Positions 9,144 to 18,624 of a DNA stretch of 64,000 bases are shown here, in pieces; position 1 is the first letter of the stretch; each line of letters opens with the position of its first letter. This stretch comes from Candidatus Poribacteria bacterium. Its GTDB lineage: Bacteria; Poribacteria; WGA-4E; WGA-3G. Under the pieces are notes generated by a model that was not told the origin of the DNA, ran no database searches, and saw only the letters and a list, made by a program, of their open reading frames with translations. The position numbers and the translations under genes are program-made. The stretch lies in contig OZ240248.1 of the NCBI GenBank assembly GCA_965198235.1, positions 4,640,001-4,704,000 on the forward strand. Direction: 5' to 3'.

Positions 9144-10658
9144 TTATGCTACCGTTGGTGTCATTGTCCATGCGTCTAAACTGTTTAAAATTGCCGCACC
9201 GCCGTGTGCGAAAATTGAGACACCGACGCTGTCCGCTCGCGTCGGGTAGATGCGCTGGGTTAGACATAACCGGCTATTGACAAAAACTTCCAGCACCGAG
9301 CGGTCTAAGAAGATATGAAGTTTCAGGGATTCTCCTTCAACCAGTTTGAAGGGTGCCTCCTGTGAATTTGTATAGCGTTCTCCGCCGTCTTCGTCTTGTG
9401 GTGTCAGACGCGGATATTTTACTTCGTCATCCAAAGTTGATTTCGTGAGATCGATTTTAAGGAATTCGCCAGATGGCGAATGGACAATGGTGGTTTCCTC
9501 CTCGCCATTTGGGGACTTGCGAACCTTCACACCGAATTCTGTAGCACCTCTCGGATCAATTTCCACCTGTAGTTCAAGGCAATCGCCGTTTACATCTTCA
9601 ATATCGATCTCTGTATCTGCATCGAGTCGGGCTGTTTCTTGGTGGTAATGCTTAGCGCGGAGTTTTTCGAGTTCTGGAACGGGTTTGATACAAAGACTTC
9701 CGTCTTCACTCAACGATAGGATCCGCGGCAATGTCATCACGGAAGCCCAGCCGTATTTCTCCCACGGACGAGCTTCGCGAATCCAACCGAAAAAGATACG
9801 TCGTCCGTTATCGTCAAGGAGCGTTTCAGGTCCAGAGAGTTGTCCACCTTGCCAGTTCATACGTCCATGTATTTCAGGATAGAACTGCTCATCTTCGTAA
9901 CGTCCGAGGTAATAATGTGCCATACCGTAAGGGCGGTGCCCATGCATCAGAAGCATATATCTATCGCCGAGCAGAAAGAAATCGGGACAGGCGCAATCTT
10001 CAACCTCATCCGTCCAACGCCGCGAAGACTTGTAGAATGGACCGAGGTATTCCCACTGAATACAGTCGTCCGAACGGAAAAGACTGGTCGTGTCGCCTTC
10101 GTATCCCGGTCGGCTATTTTTGTTGCCTATAAGCGCATAGTAGGTGCCGTTTTCGTACCAGGCACACGGATCAAAAACGTGGTACTCTTGTGGTTCGTCT
10201 GGTATCGGAATGACCGGGTTTGCAGGCGAGGGTGTCCAGTGAATCAAATCGTCATCTTCGCTGGTTGCGATGCAGGTTCCTTGATTCGGCACGTGATAGA
10301 TGAAGGTTGGAAGCGGTGCGTTCTCAATAGCATCTCCGCTATATATGCCGCGTGGCATTGATCCATCAGTGGCAGGTTTTATTGCCGGTGGATGGTGTAT
10401 CCAATGCACCAGATCGCAGCTGGAGGAGTGGTCGAGCACCGGCAGCCATTCATCTGCGTTTGGATTTGGTATTCGCCCAAGATAAAAGACATGGTATCGC
10501 CCATTGAAAAAAATGGTACAGTTTGCATCATTAAAAAACCCATCGGGAGGGAGTAGGTGATAGCGTGGACGGTGGGGGTCGGCCGAGAGATATTCTCGCA
10601 ATTCACGCGCATCCCCGATGCGTTTATGAAGGTTTTCAATTGTAATTGCTGAATTCAT
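9144..10658 (-). CDS. Glycoside hydrolase family 32-like protein
   Basis: HRPRYH, NDAN, DLVHW, FDP, CPDFF, LPRIL and DRSVLEVF motifs. Confidence 0.85.
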   Translation of the reverse strand: MNSAITIENLHKRIGDARELREYLSADPHRPRYHLLPPDGFFNDANCTIFFNGRYHVFYLGRIPNPNADEWLPVLDHSSSCDLVHWIHHPPAIKPATDGSMPRGIYSGDAIENAPLPTFIYHVPNQGTCIATSEDDDLIHWTPSPANPVIPIPDEPQEYHVFDPCAWYENGTYYALIGNKNSRPGYEGDTTSLFRSDDCIQWEYLGPFYKSSRRWTDEVEDCACPDFFLLGDRYMLLMHGHRPYGMAHYYLGRYEDEQFYPEIHGRMNWQGGQLSGPETLLDDNGRRIFFGWIREARPWEKYGWASVMTLPRILSLSEDGSLCIKPVPELEKLRAKHYHQETARLDADTEIDIEDVNGDCLELQVEIDPRGATEFGVKVRKSPNGEEETTIVHSPSGEFLKIDLTKSTLDDEVKYPRLTPQDEDGGERYTNSQEAPFKLVEGESLKLHIFLDRSVLEVFVNSRLCLTQRIYPTRADSVGVSIFAHGGAAILNSLDAWTMTPTVA

Positions 10659-11309
10659 TTGCCGTGAACTCTCCTCAGTCTTCAGTGCTGCTTATGGTTT
10701 TCCGATTTTTTAATTATGGGAATCTGGTCATCGTTCCACGATGGTTCCTGGTTAATTCTAACCGAATTAGGGATATGTACACAATGAACGCCGACAAACC
10801 AAATCACAGTATAGCATATTAAGAGAGAAGTAACAAGAGAAATCGAGACACGTCAAACCTGTTTGGATATATCTATGAAGACGTTTTTCCTTGAGGTTTT
10901 TTATGCGGTTTGGTATACTGCCCCATAGGTGTCAATTTAGTGCTGTAGAGAATGATGCGTAATTTCAGAGTATTCAGAGTAAAATCGGAAAAATGGGGAT
11001 TTGGAAACGGGCTATAAACCTATGCAATGACTGGGTTTTGGACGATTTTCATTCAAAGGTTCTTGAAGGTTTACTCTGAAATTTTATATCAGAGCCGTCA
11101 GTCACCAGCACGACCGAAAGCAGAGCTAATTCTACAGAAGCGGACAGTTGGAACGAGTTATCGGCATTTGTAGATGAATCGGTGTGGTTTCAATACATTC
11201 TGTTAATATAATTTTACTATATTGTTTTTTCACGGAGACAGTGAATTTTCGCTTCCGAGAACCCACGGACCGCCTGACCCGAAAAAATCCTCCGTGAAGC
11301 CTCCGTGAA

Positions 11310-11498
11310 TTGTGCCTCTTGGAACATCGCAAGCCCAGCTCGCTGCATCTGACGATGCTCGTTTTTGGGACGTTTGGTGCAGAAATCTTGTTGCGGGAAG
11401 ATTTTGAGGCAGATGACTTTGAGTTCGGAACGTTTGCTGTTCAACCTGAAGGAAAACTCGCGACAGCATGCGGACATCTGAAGTTAAATAGTTGGTAA
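11310..11498 (+). pseudogene. Internally deleted remnant of a secreted protein with the Poribacteria C-terminal motif
   Basis: ...FGAEILLREDFEADD joined to FAVQPEGKLATACGHLK; the conserved W is replaced by C. Confidence 0.55.
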
Positions 11499-11516
11499 AC
11501 AGAAAGGAATTCAGTT

Positions 11517-12497
11517 ATGCAAAAATGTGCACTTATCAGCGGTAGAGGCATGGGGTTGATGCACGGTGGAAACTTCCACAGCCATCCAAACGCAGAAGTG
11601 GTCGCTGTGTGCGATATGGACCCGGAACTCCTTGCGAAGGTAGAGGAGCAATTTGGGGTCCCCGGGTATTCAACAATTGAGGATCTTTTAGCAAATTGTG
11701 ATGCAGAACTCGTACTTCTCATTGTCAATGAGACCCGGCGCATCCCACCGTTGCGGCAATTGCTTGAAGCCGGGCGAAATGTATTCACAGAGAAACCCCT
11801 CTGTGGATTGGAAGGACAAGATCGGTTGCGTGAAGAAGACCTCCAAATCGCGGCACCTGCTATCGCAACATGGCGCGACTCTAATCTTAAGTTCGGGATC
11901 GATTTCAACTACCGATTTATGCACCATTTCCGTAAACTGCATGATGATGTTGCCGAAAATCGGTTGGGTGAGATCAGAATGGTACACGCGCGGGCACATT
12001 TCAACTGTTGGTCCCATGTTATCGATCAGATTCTCTGGACGGTAGGGAGACCGGAATGGGTGAGTGTTGTCGGAGACCCGAATGAAGCCGGGGGTTGGGG
12101 ACGTTTAATTCATATCGGTTGGGAGAATGGTGTCATCGGTTCCCTGAGTGGCACAAACCTATGGGGTTACGACGATCATCCGCTTCGAGTTAAGGTCCTT
12201 GGCGATGAATTTTATGCGGAGGCAAAAGGATTGGAAGGCTCTTACTCCCGCAGAAAAGCGAATAGCTCTGAAATAGAGGAAGTCTGGGAAGCCGAGGCTG
12301 ACAATCCAGAGATGCCTGAGTCTTTCAAACGGATGGCTGATGGTGTGATTAAGGCAATGCATGCCGACACATCTTTCCCCGCTGATGGTGAAGCGGCATG
12401 GAACGAGCTGCTGTTTGAGGCGGCGGTCCACAGGTCTGCCTTGCAGAACAATGCCCGCGTATTTCTGAAAGATGTTGAAGAAGAAGCAAGTGCCTAA
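11517..12497 (+). CDS. Gfo/Idh/MocA oxidoreductase
   Basis: GRGMG..H, VFTEKP and FNYRF motifs. Confidence 0.85.
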   Translation: MQKCALISGRGMGLMHGGNFHSHPNAEVVAVCDMDPELLAKVEEQFGVPGYSTIEDLLANCDAELVLLIVNETRRIPPLRQLLEAGRNVFTEKPLCGLEGQDRLREEDLQIAAPAIATWRDSNLKFGIDFNYRFMHHFRKLHDDVAENRLGEIRMVHARAHFNCWSHVIDQILWTVGRPEWVSVVGDPNEAGGWGRLIHIGWENGVIGSLSGTNLWGYDDHPLRVKVLGDEFYAEAKGLEGSYSRRKANSSEIEEVWEAEADNPEMPESFKRMADGVIKAMHADTSFPADGEAAWNELLFEAAVHRSALQNNARVFLKDVEEEASA

Positions 12498-12554
12498 GGA
12501 GACTACAGGCGCGGTTTTCAACCGCGCCTATATCTCAGGAAATGGTATCACGTT

Positions 12555-13607
12555 TTAGGCAGCACTGCCTTTGATAGCGATCTTAATCGCGTCCTTTCCA
12601 TCTAAGTGGTAACTGCCGTGAAGTGCGTCGAAACCTTTGGACACATCCTCTAATGGAAGAATGTGGCTGACAAAACCTTCAAAGAGTGAAGCGTGTTTCT
12701 CAAGCATCGGTATGGCGCGGAGGAAATGCTTCCTTTCAAATCCCCATCCGGCTTCCAATCGGAGGTTTTTGCGCATTAGCATCTGGTTCGGATTGCAATC
12801 AAAAGAGCCAACGTCCACGAAATGCCCGTATACGACGTAAGTTCCACCGTACCTGATGTAGTCCAACCCTTCTGGGATAGCGGCGAGGAAACCGGTGCAT
12901 TCGTAAACAACATCCGCACCATTGCCTTGTGACGTATTTTCTCGGACAATCTGCTTGCGCTCTTCGGGATCTGACACTTCGGCGATATCAATAGTAAGAT
13001 CTGCCCCTAATCTTTTTGCCATCTCAAGCCTTCCGGGGGGCCCGCCGACGACGATAAGTCTTCCGGCACCAGAGACCCTTGCCCAATTAAGCGCAAGCAG
13101 ACCGATGGGACCGGTTCCTTGAATTACAACCGTGTCCCCGAATTCGATTTTGCCGCGTGACACACAGTGTGCGGCACAGGAAGCCGGTTCCGCGAGCACA
13201 GCGACTTCCGGTGATAGATCGGTTTTAAGAAACATATTAGTTGACGGGTTTGACAGATAGATGTACTCGCTGAAGCCACCACGCAGATACGGTGCTTCTT
13301 CCGACGGGGAAAAGCCGAGTCCTCCGCTGGGGGACAGCACTATCCTGTCGCCTTCTTTGACTGGGTTGCCGAGGTAGTCTGTTTCAACCCCCTCGCCTAA
13401 AGTCTCAATCACGCCGACGTTCTCGTGTCCGAGGATAATGTCGTGGTTGATACGCTGAAACTCCCAGTTATGAAGGTCGGTACCGCAAATACCCCCTAAC
13501 TCCTGACGTACGAGTACCGTACCGGGTGCGGGATCAGCTATCGGATACTCTCGAACTTCAAAATTTTTGCCACTCATCACGGTGGCGCGTGCGGTTCTGG
13601 TTCCCAT
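12555..13607 (-). CDS. Zn-dependent alcohol dehydrogenase (MDR)
   Basis: GICGTD, GHE, EP and GTGPIG motifs; the structural Zn loop is absent. Confidence 0.85.
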   Translation of the reverse strand: MGTRTARATVMSGKNFEVREYPIADPAPGTVLVRQELGGICGTDLHNWEFQRINHDIILGHENVGVIETLGEGVETDYLGNPVKEGDRIVLSPSGGLGFSPSEEAPYLRGGFSEYIYLSNPSTNMFLKTDLSPEVAVLAEPASCAAHCVSRGKIEFGDTVVIQGTGPIGLLALNWARVSGAGRLIVVGGPPGRLEMAKRLGADLTIDIAEVSDPEERKQIVRENTSQGNGADVVYECTGFLAAIPEGLDYIRYGGTYVVYGHFVDVGSFDCNPNQMLMRKNLRLEAGWGFERKHFLRAIPMLEKHASLFEGFVSHILPLEDVSKGFDALHGSYHLDGKDAIKIAIKGSAA

Positions 13608-13720
13608 TGTAAAACTCCTTTTAGAAACTCAGCCAAGGTGTGTAAGCACAACAACGGCTGTGCTGGATATATGAAATGTGGCATTTTTGCCAAGACATCC
13701 TCAATAATCCGCTAAGAACG

Positions 13721-14710
13721 TTAAGCAACTTTGACGACTATCTTACCGAGTTTTTCACCTGTGAAAAGCGCGATAAACGCCTTTGGCGCATTCTCTAATC
13801 CCTCTATGATCGTCTCTTCCCACTGTATCTTGCCTTCAGATATCCACTGCCGCATATCACGGTAAAACTCAGAGTTACGCTCCATGAAGTCAGTGACGAT
13901 AAACCCTTGTAACCTGATTCGTTTACCGATAGCAGAACTGAGGTTTGTCGGACCTGGGGTAGGTTCAATATCGTTGTATTGGGAGATCATACCACACAGT
14001 GGGATACGTCCGTGCATATTCATCACTGCGAGCGCGGCTTGTAGGTGTCTGCCTCCCACGTTTTCAAAGTAGATGTCAAGTCCATCGGGACAGTGTTCCC
14101 TGAGTTCAGCTTCCAAGTCATCGACATTTTTATAGTTAAAAGCCGCATCAACGCCAGCTGTCTCCAGTAGCCATGCGACCTTCTGATCGGAACCAGCACT
14201 CGCAACGACTCGGCATCCTTTGATTTTTGCGATCTGGCATACGATTGAACCTACCGCACCTGCTGCTGCGGAGACAAAAACTGTTTCTCCTGCTTTGGGC
14301 TGACCGATCTCCAGAAATCCGAAGTAGGCGGTACGTCCGGGCATACCGACAGCACCTAAAAACGACTGGAGCGGTGCAATCGTTAGATCAACAGCGGTCA
14401 CGCTTTCTGCCGGTGCGATGTAATGATCCCGCCATCCCTGCATACCTGTCACATAATCCCCAGCTTGAAACTGGTCGCTGTTCGATGCCACAATCCGACC
14501 GGCGCATCTACCTTCTAAGGGTTTACCGAGTTCAGCGGACCGCATACCGCCGCGCATATACGGGTCTACTGACGTGTAAAGGTTTTCGACTAATACCTCC
14601 CCTGCTGCGGGTGCAGGGAGCGTCGCCTCAACGATTTCAAAATCACTTTCTTTGGGCATACCGACGATTCGGTTTTTAAGGCGAATTTGTCGGCTTATAG
14701 TGTTCGGCAT
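13721..14710 (-). CDS. NADP-dependent alkenal/prostaglandin reductase-like oxidoreductase (CurA-like)
   Basis: SVDPYMR, GMPGRTAY, AAAGAVG and CGMISQYN motifs. Confidence 0.9.
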   Translation of the reverse strand: MPNTISRQIRLKNRIVGMPKESDFEIVEATLPAPAAGEVLVENLYTSVDPYMRGGMRSAELGKPLEGRCAGRIVASNSDQFQAGDYVTGMQGWRDHYIAPAESVTAVDLTIAPLQSFLGAVGMPGRTAYFGFLEIGQPKAGETVFVSAAAGAVGSIVCQIAKIKGCRVVASAGSDQKVAWLLETAGVDAAFNYKNVDDLEAELREHCPDGLDIYFENVGGRHLQAALAVMNMHGRIPLCGMISQYNDIEPTPGPTNLSSAIGKRIRLQGFIVTDFMERNSEFYRDMRQWISEGKIQWEETIIEGLENAPKAFIALFTGEKLGKIVVKVA

Positions 14711-14830
14711 TTTCTTCTCCTATCGGCTTACGATTCGATTGATTTAATTGGTATTGATGCAATGATAGCATATCTGAAAAAAAAGTCAAGATCAGGGATC
14801 TTTGGAATGCTCTGATGCTTTGAAATCCGT

Positions 14831-14859
14831 TTGACATTTGTTTGTAAATATGGTATAAT
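14831..14859 (+). promoter_or_regulatory. Consensus sigma70 promoter
   Basis: TTGACA-N17-TATAAT, with TG upstream of the -10. Confidence 0.75.
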
Positions 14860-15071
14860 TAGTAGGGTGTAAGGATGAACTTGCACAAGTACATTCTCTC
14901 TTCATATCCTTGAATCAAGTCAAACTCAACGGCGCGAAGCGCATATTACACTGATCGCGCTTACCTATCCAATTATCTAACTGAATATCTATAGTTGTTT
15001 ATGGCGGACCCCTCTGCTAAAGTTTCTGATTGAAAGCTTATATTGTCTGCTGCTCATTTTAGGAGGAAAGA

Positions 15072-15645
15072 ATGAACGCTCCCTCTAATGAATTTCTTAG
15101 AACAGATTTCGGACACGAGGTATATGATACGTGGTATCTTGAGCAGGGAAGATACAATTTTGAGACAAGAGATTGAATTTATCTTGGGCGACTATAATGA
15201 AATGAGTTTTGAGGAGAGGTTTTCTGTTATTTTCTTCGAGGGCTCATTTTTTTATCAATCCAAGGAGGGTTTAGTGTCGCTCTTAAACCGAATCCATAAA
15301 GCACTTACGCCTAATGGTAGGGTTTACTTTGTGCACCCAAATCATTCAATACGGAAAAAGCAATTTCCAGTGGTTAATTGGAGTGAAATTAAGAAAAACG
15401 TGTTCGTCCTGCAGAACGGAGAATATGACGAAAGTGAAGATATGGAAAGATGCACTTGGCTTAAGATAGATTTAGAGACACAGAAACATTACAAGTGCGA
15501 CTATTCTGTTATGCACCTCCCCCCGGACGAACTCAAGAACTGTCTTGTGGCGGCGGGATTTTCGGATTTCCATTTCTACAAGAAGCGTAGACTGGAAGAC
15601 TTCCATCTGGGGAATGATGGGTTTTCTGTGGTGGCTGTAAAGTGA
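15072..15645 (+). pseudogene. Class I SAM methyltransferase remnant (frameshift, motif I missing)
   Basis: AGGAGG and ATG at 15072 give MNAPSNEF...ETRD*. A second frame gives QEIEFILGDYNEMSFEERF...ALTPNGR...LVAAGF. No GxGxG motif. Confidence 0.6.
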
Positions 15646-15784
15646 GTGTATGCCTGTCCCCATAAATACTTTTATCCACTTGGGAATATTGCATTTACAT
15701 TTGTCCAAAAGAGTGCTAAAATAGGGAATAGGTCATCAGGTACAGGAGCCCTGCCCATTAGAATTTTGGAGGTTATTTGCAGTT

Positions 15785-16624
15785 ATGAAAGTCGAAAAAC
15801 CGAAAGAAAAATATGATCAATTAATCGCTGATGGTTACTGTGTTGTAGAGAGTGTTTTGAAGGAAGAGATGCTTACTCGACTTCGTTCAGTAACCGATGA
15901 ACTGCTTGACGCACAGACAGAAGATGAACGTGCCGCCCATCGCTCATCCGGTAGTATGATCAGTGTGTATATGCATCCGCTGTTCGCTGAGCTGGTCGCT
16001 TATCCGCGGGCACTGCAGGCTCTTGAAGCTTTAGGTTTCTTGAGACCGAAATGGTCGGCGGGGTATGTCATCAGCAAACCGCCCCAGAGTCCACCCCTAT
16101 TTTGGCATCAGGACTGGTGGGGTTGGAACGATCCGTGTAGCTACACGGCATTGCCTCAACAGTTGTTCCTTATGTACTATTTGGTTGACACAGTGCCTTA
16201 CAACGGATGCCTCCGTGTGATCAAAGGTTCGCATCTGAATCGACATCCGCTGCATGATATATTGCCCAATGCCCACGGCGAAGCACTCCAGCGCGTCAAT
16301 GATGCTAACCATCTCGCCTATCAACACTTTCCGGGTGAAGTTGACATACCGGTGAAAGCAGGGGATTTGGTTATCGGCGATTCTCGGCTGTTACATGCTT
16401 CACACGGTAATCAATCAGATGAACGTCGGACTGTGATTACGCTTTGGTATCATCCATTTTTTGCGCTGTTACCTGCAGAAATGCAAGCACATATCGGGAG
16501 GCTCCGGCAAAGTCTCGCTTGGTCGGACGCGGATTGGGCGCAAATTGCTGAACTCGCGCCGGTCTGTGAAAGCGACGTTGAACCGTTAAAATGGGATCGG
16601 AATCCGGGACCTGAACTGAAATAA
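15785..16624 (+). CDS. Phytanoyl-CoA dioxygenase (PhyH) family protein
   Basis: WHQD, NGCLRVIKGSH and LLHAS..N.S..RR motifs. Confidence 0.9.
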   Translation: MKVEKPKEKYDQLIADGYCVVESVLKEEMLTRLRSVTDELLDAQTEDERAAHRSSGSMISVYMHPLFAELVAYPRALQALEALGFLRPKWSAGYVISKPPQSPPLFWHQDWWGWNDPCSYTALPQQLFLMYYLVDTVPYNGCLRVIKGSHLNRHPLHDILPNAHGEALQRVNDANHLAYQHFPGEVDIPVKAGDLVIGDSRLLHASHGNQSDERRTVITLWYHPFFALLPAEMQAHIGRLRQSLAWSDADWAQIAELAPVCESDVEPLKWDRNPGPELK

Positions 16625-16827
16625 CCAAATTCCGATATAGCAAGATTTAATTTGAAAGAGATTGTATCTCATGATACACTAATATAACAGAAACTTTATT
16701 GTGTGGCACAATGATACAGAGGAAAGCCAGATTATTCTTGCTGCCTCAGTGACCAATACCTATCGGGCGAGACTCATTTTTGAATAATAGCCAGTGGATA
16801 ATTCGCTGACTAAGGAGGTAATAAAAG

Positions 16828-17625
16828 ATGAAAACCACAGTCACAAGATTAAAACTATTATGTGTCAGTTTAACGGTTATTAGCCTGATGTTTGTAGGTA
16901 TCAGCTCTGCTGAAGTTGACTTTGGAGATTGCGTCGGAATGTGGCTCTTTGATGAGGGACGTGGTAACAAAGCCGAAGACTCCTCTGGGACGGGCAATGA
17001 CGGCAAGATTGAGGGTGGTGCTAAATGGGTTGATGGCAAGTTTGGTAAGGGTTTGAGTCTTGACGGCTCGGATGCTTACGTGGAAATTGCTCATGATGAT
17101 TCTTTAAATGTTGGAGGCGAACACACGATTGCCCTTTGGTTTAAATTAGATAAGCCTCCCGGGGGTGGCACGGCTGTTGTGACCAAAGATGATTGGGCTC
17201 CCGGATTTTGGTGGGATGCGGGTAGAATCCGACATCACACGCATGACCCAGGCGGCACGCTTCACTTTATAGATGCACCTTGGAAACCAGACACAGACTG
17301 GCATCATGTTGCCGTTACTTGGGACGGCGAAGCCTTCGGCGTATATATAGACGCTGATCAGATTGGCGAGGGTGTAACGACACCGAACTTAGGAAGGAAC
17401 CCGTTAACCGACAAACCCGTTTTAATAGGTATCTACTTAGCCACCGGACAACATGGTCAGTGGGGCCAGTTTTTCGCTGGAATCATTGACGACGTTGTCA
17501 TCTTCAATGTGGCGTTGACCGATGATGATCTTGAAACCATCATGACTGAAGGATTAGAAAAAGCAGCTGATATTGAACCTTCAGGTAAACTCGCAACGAC
17601 CTGGGCTGCCATTAAAGCCGATTAA
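16828..17625 (+). CDS. Secreted LamG/concanavalin-like protein with Poribacteria C-terminal motif
   Basis: Signal peptide; WLFDEG, GKFGKGL, WHHVAVTWDG, GIIDDV; ends EPSGKLATTWAAIK. Confidence 0.85.
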   Translation: MKTTVTRLKLLCVSLTVISLMFVGISSAEVDFGDCVGMWLFDEGRGNKAEDSSGTGNDGKIEGGAKWVDGKFGKGLSLDGSDAYVEIAHDDSLNVGGEHTIALWFKLDKPPGGGTAVVTKDDWAPGFWWDAGRIRHHTHDPGGTLHFIDAPWKPDTDWHHVAVTWDGEAFGVYIDADQIGEGVTTPNLGRNPLTDKPVLIGIYLATGQHGQWGQFFAGIIDDVVIFNVALTDDDLETIMTEGLEKAADIEPSGKLATTWAAIKAD

Positions 17626-17830
17626 CCTACTCCCAAATCTAAAGATTGCGTTGGTTGGCGATTTTCCGATGTTTGCGGGTAAACCCCGGGCAACCGAGCA
17701 GGGAGTTCTTATTTAGCGGTAGGCGGATTTTTGAAATCCGTCTCTATATTGGTGGTGACAGGACTGAGTGTGGTTCAATACTGAGCCTCCTCGGTCTTGT
17801 CGAAAGTATCACTAAACGGGAGGAGTTTTT

Positions 17831-18589
17831 ATGTCACAACCCCCGATTTTTCATGCCTACACGTTTGGTGAACAGGAGCGAAGAGTGTTGGATAGCGATG
17901 GACATTTCGTTTTCCCTGGCTTGCTCACATCGGATGCACAGGAAAATCTGACCCGCTCACTGTCGTATATTCATGAACTCTCGCGCACACCGAAGGAAGG
18001 ACATGAGCCGAACCGATTTTCCGCAGAATACGACAGTTATCTCGAAAGCCTGATTGCACACCCGCAGATGCTTAAACTCGCACGGCAGGTTTTGGGTGAA
18101 GATATCCGATACGATCACTGTGTCAGTCTCAATCGACCGGGCGGCAATCGTGGCATTGGATGGCACAGCCACGGATACTCCGATGACGACCCGCGTTTGG
18201 GCTTCGTCCGTATCTTTTTCTACGTTAACGGATTTGACCCGGACGATGGTGGTTTGAAGGCTGTTCCCGGAAGTCATCTATATCGGGACACAAATATTCG
18301 TGGGCAGTCCAATGCAGAGCTGCAAGAAAATTGGTTGGCAGGAAAAACGCATCCAGAAACGGGTGAACCGTTAGAGATTGAAGCATTATCTGCACCCCCC
18401 GGCACGGTCGCGTTGATGTGGACGCATGCTGCGCATGCAGTTAATCCGAGAAAACCGAATAGCGATACACGCTGGTGTGTCGTTTATGCCTATCGTAACC
18501 CGGGCAAACCCTCCGGTGCCCGATGGATTACATCCGAATTCGAGCAAAAATCCATCCCCGGCGCAGAAGGATTAATGTCCCTTTACTAA
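17831..18589 (+). CDS. PhyH-family dioxygenase with an atypical HxH motif
   Basis: WHSH, GGLKAVPGSH and AAHAV...R motifs. Confidence 0.75.
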   Translation: MSQPPIFHAYTFGEQERRVLDSDGHFVFPGLLTSDAQENLTRSLSYIHELSRTPKEGHEPNRFSAEYDSYLESLIAHPQMLKLARQVLGEDIRYDHCVSLNRPGGNRGIGWHSHGYSDDDPRLGFVRIFFYVNGFDPDDGGLKAVPGSHLYRDTNIRGQSNAELQENWLAGKTHPETGEPLEIEALSAPPGTVALMWTHAAHAVNPRKPNSDTRWCVVYAYRNPGKPSGARWITSEFEQKSIPGAEGLMSLY

Positions 18590-18624
18590 AGCAGGAGGCA
18601 CATGCCGTCTGCCATAACGTAGCT

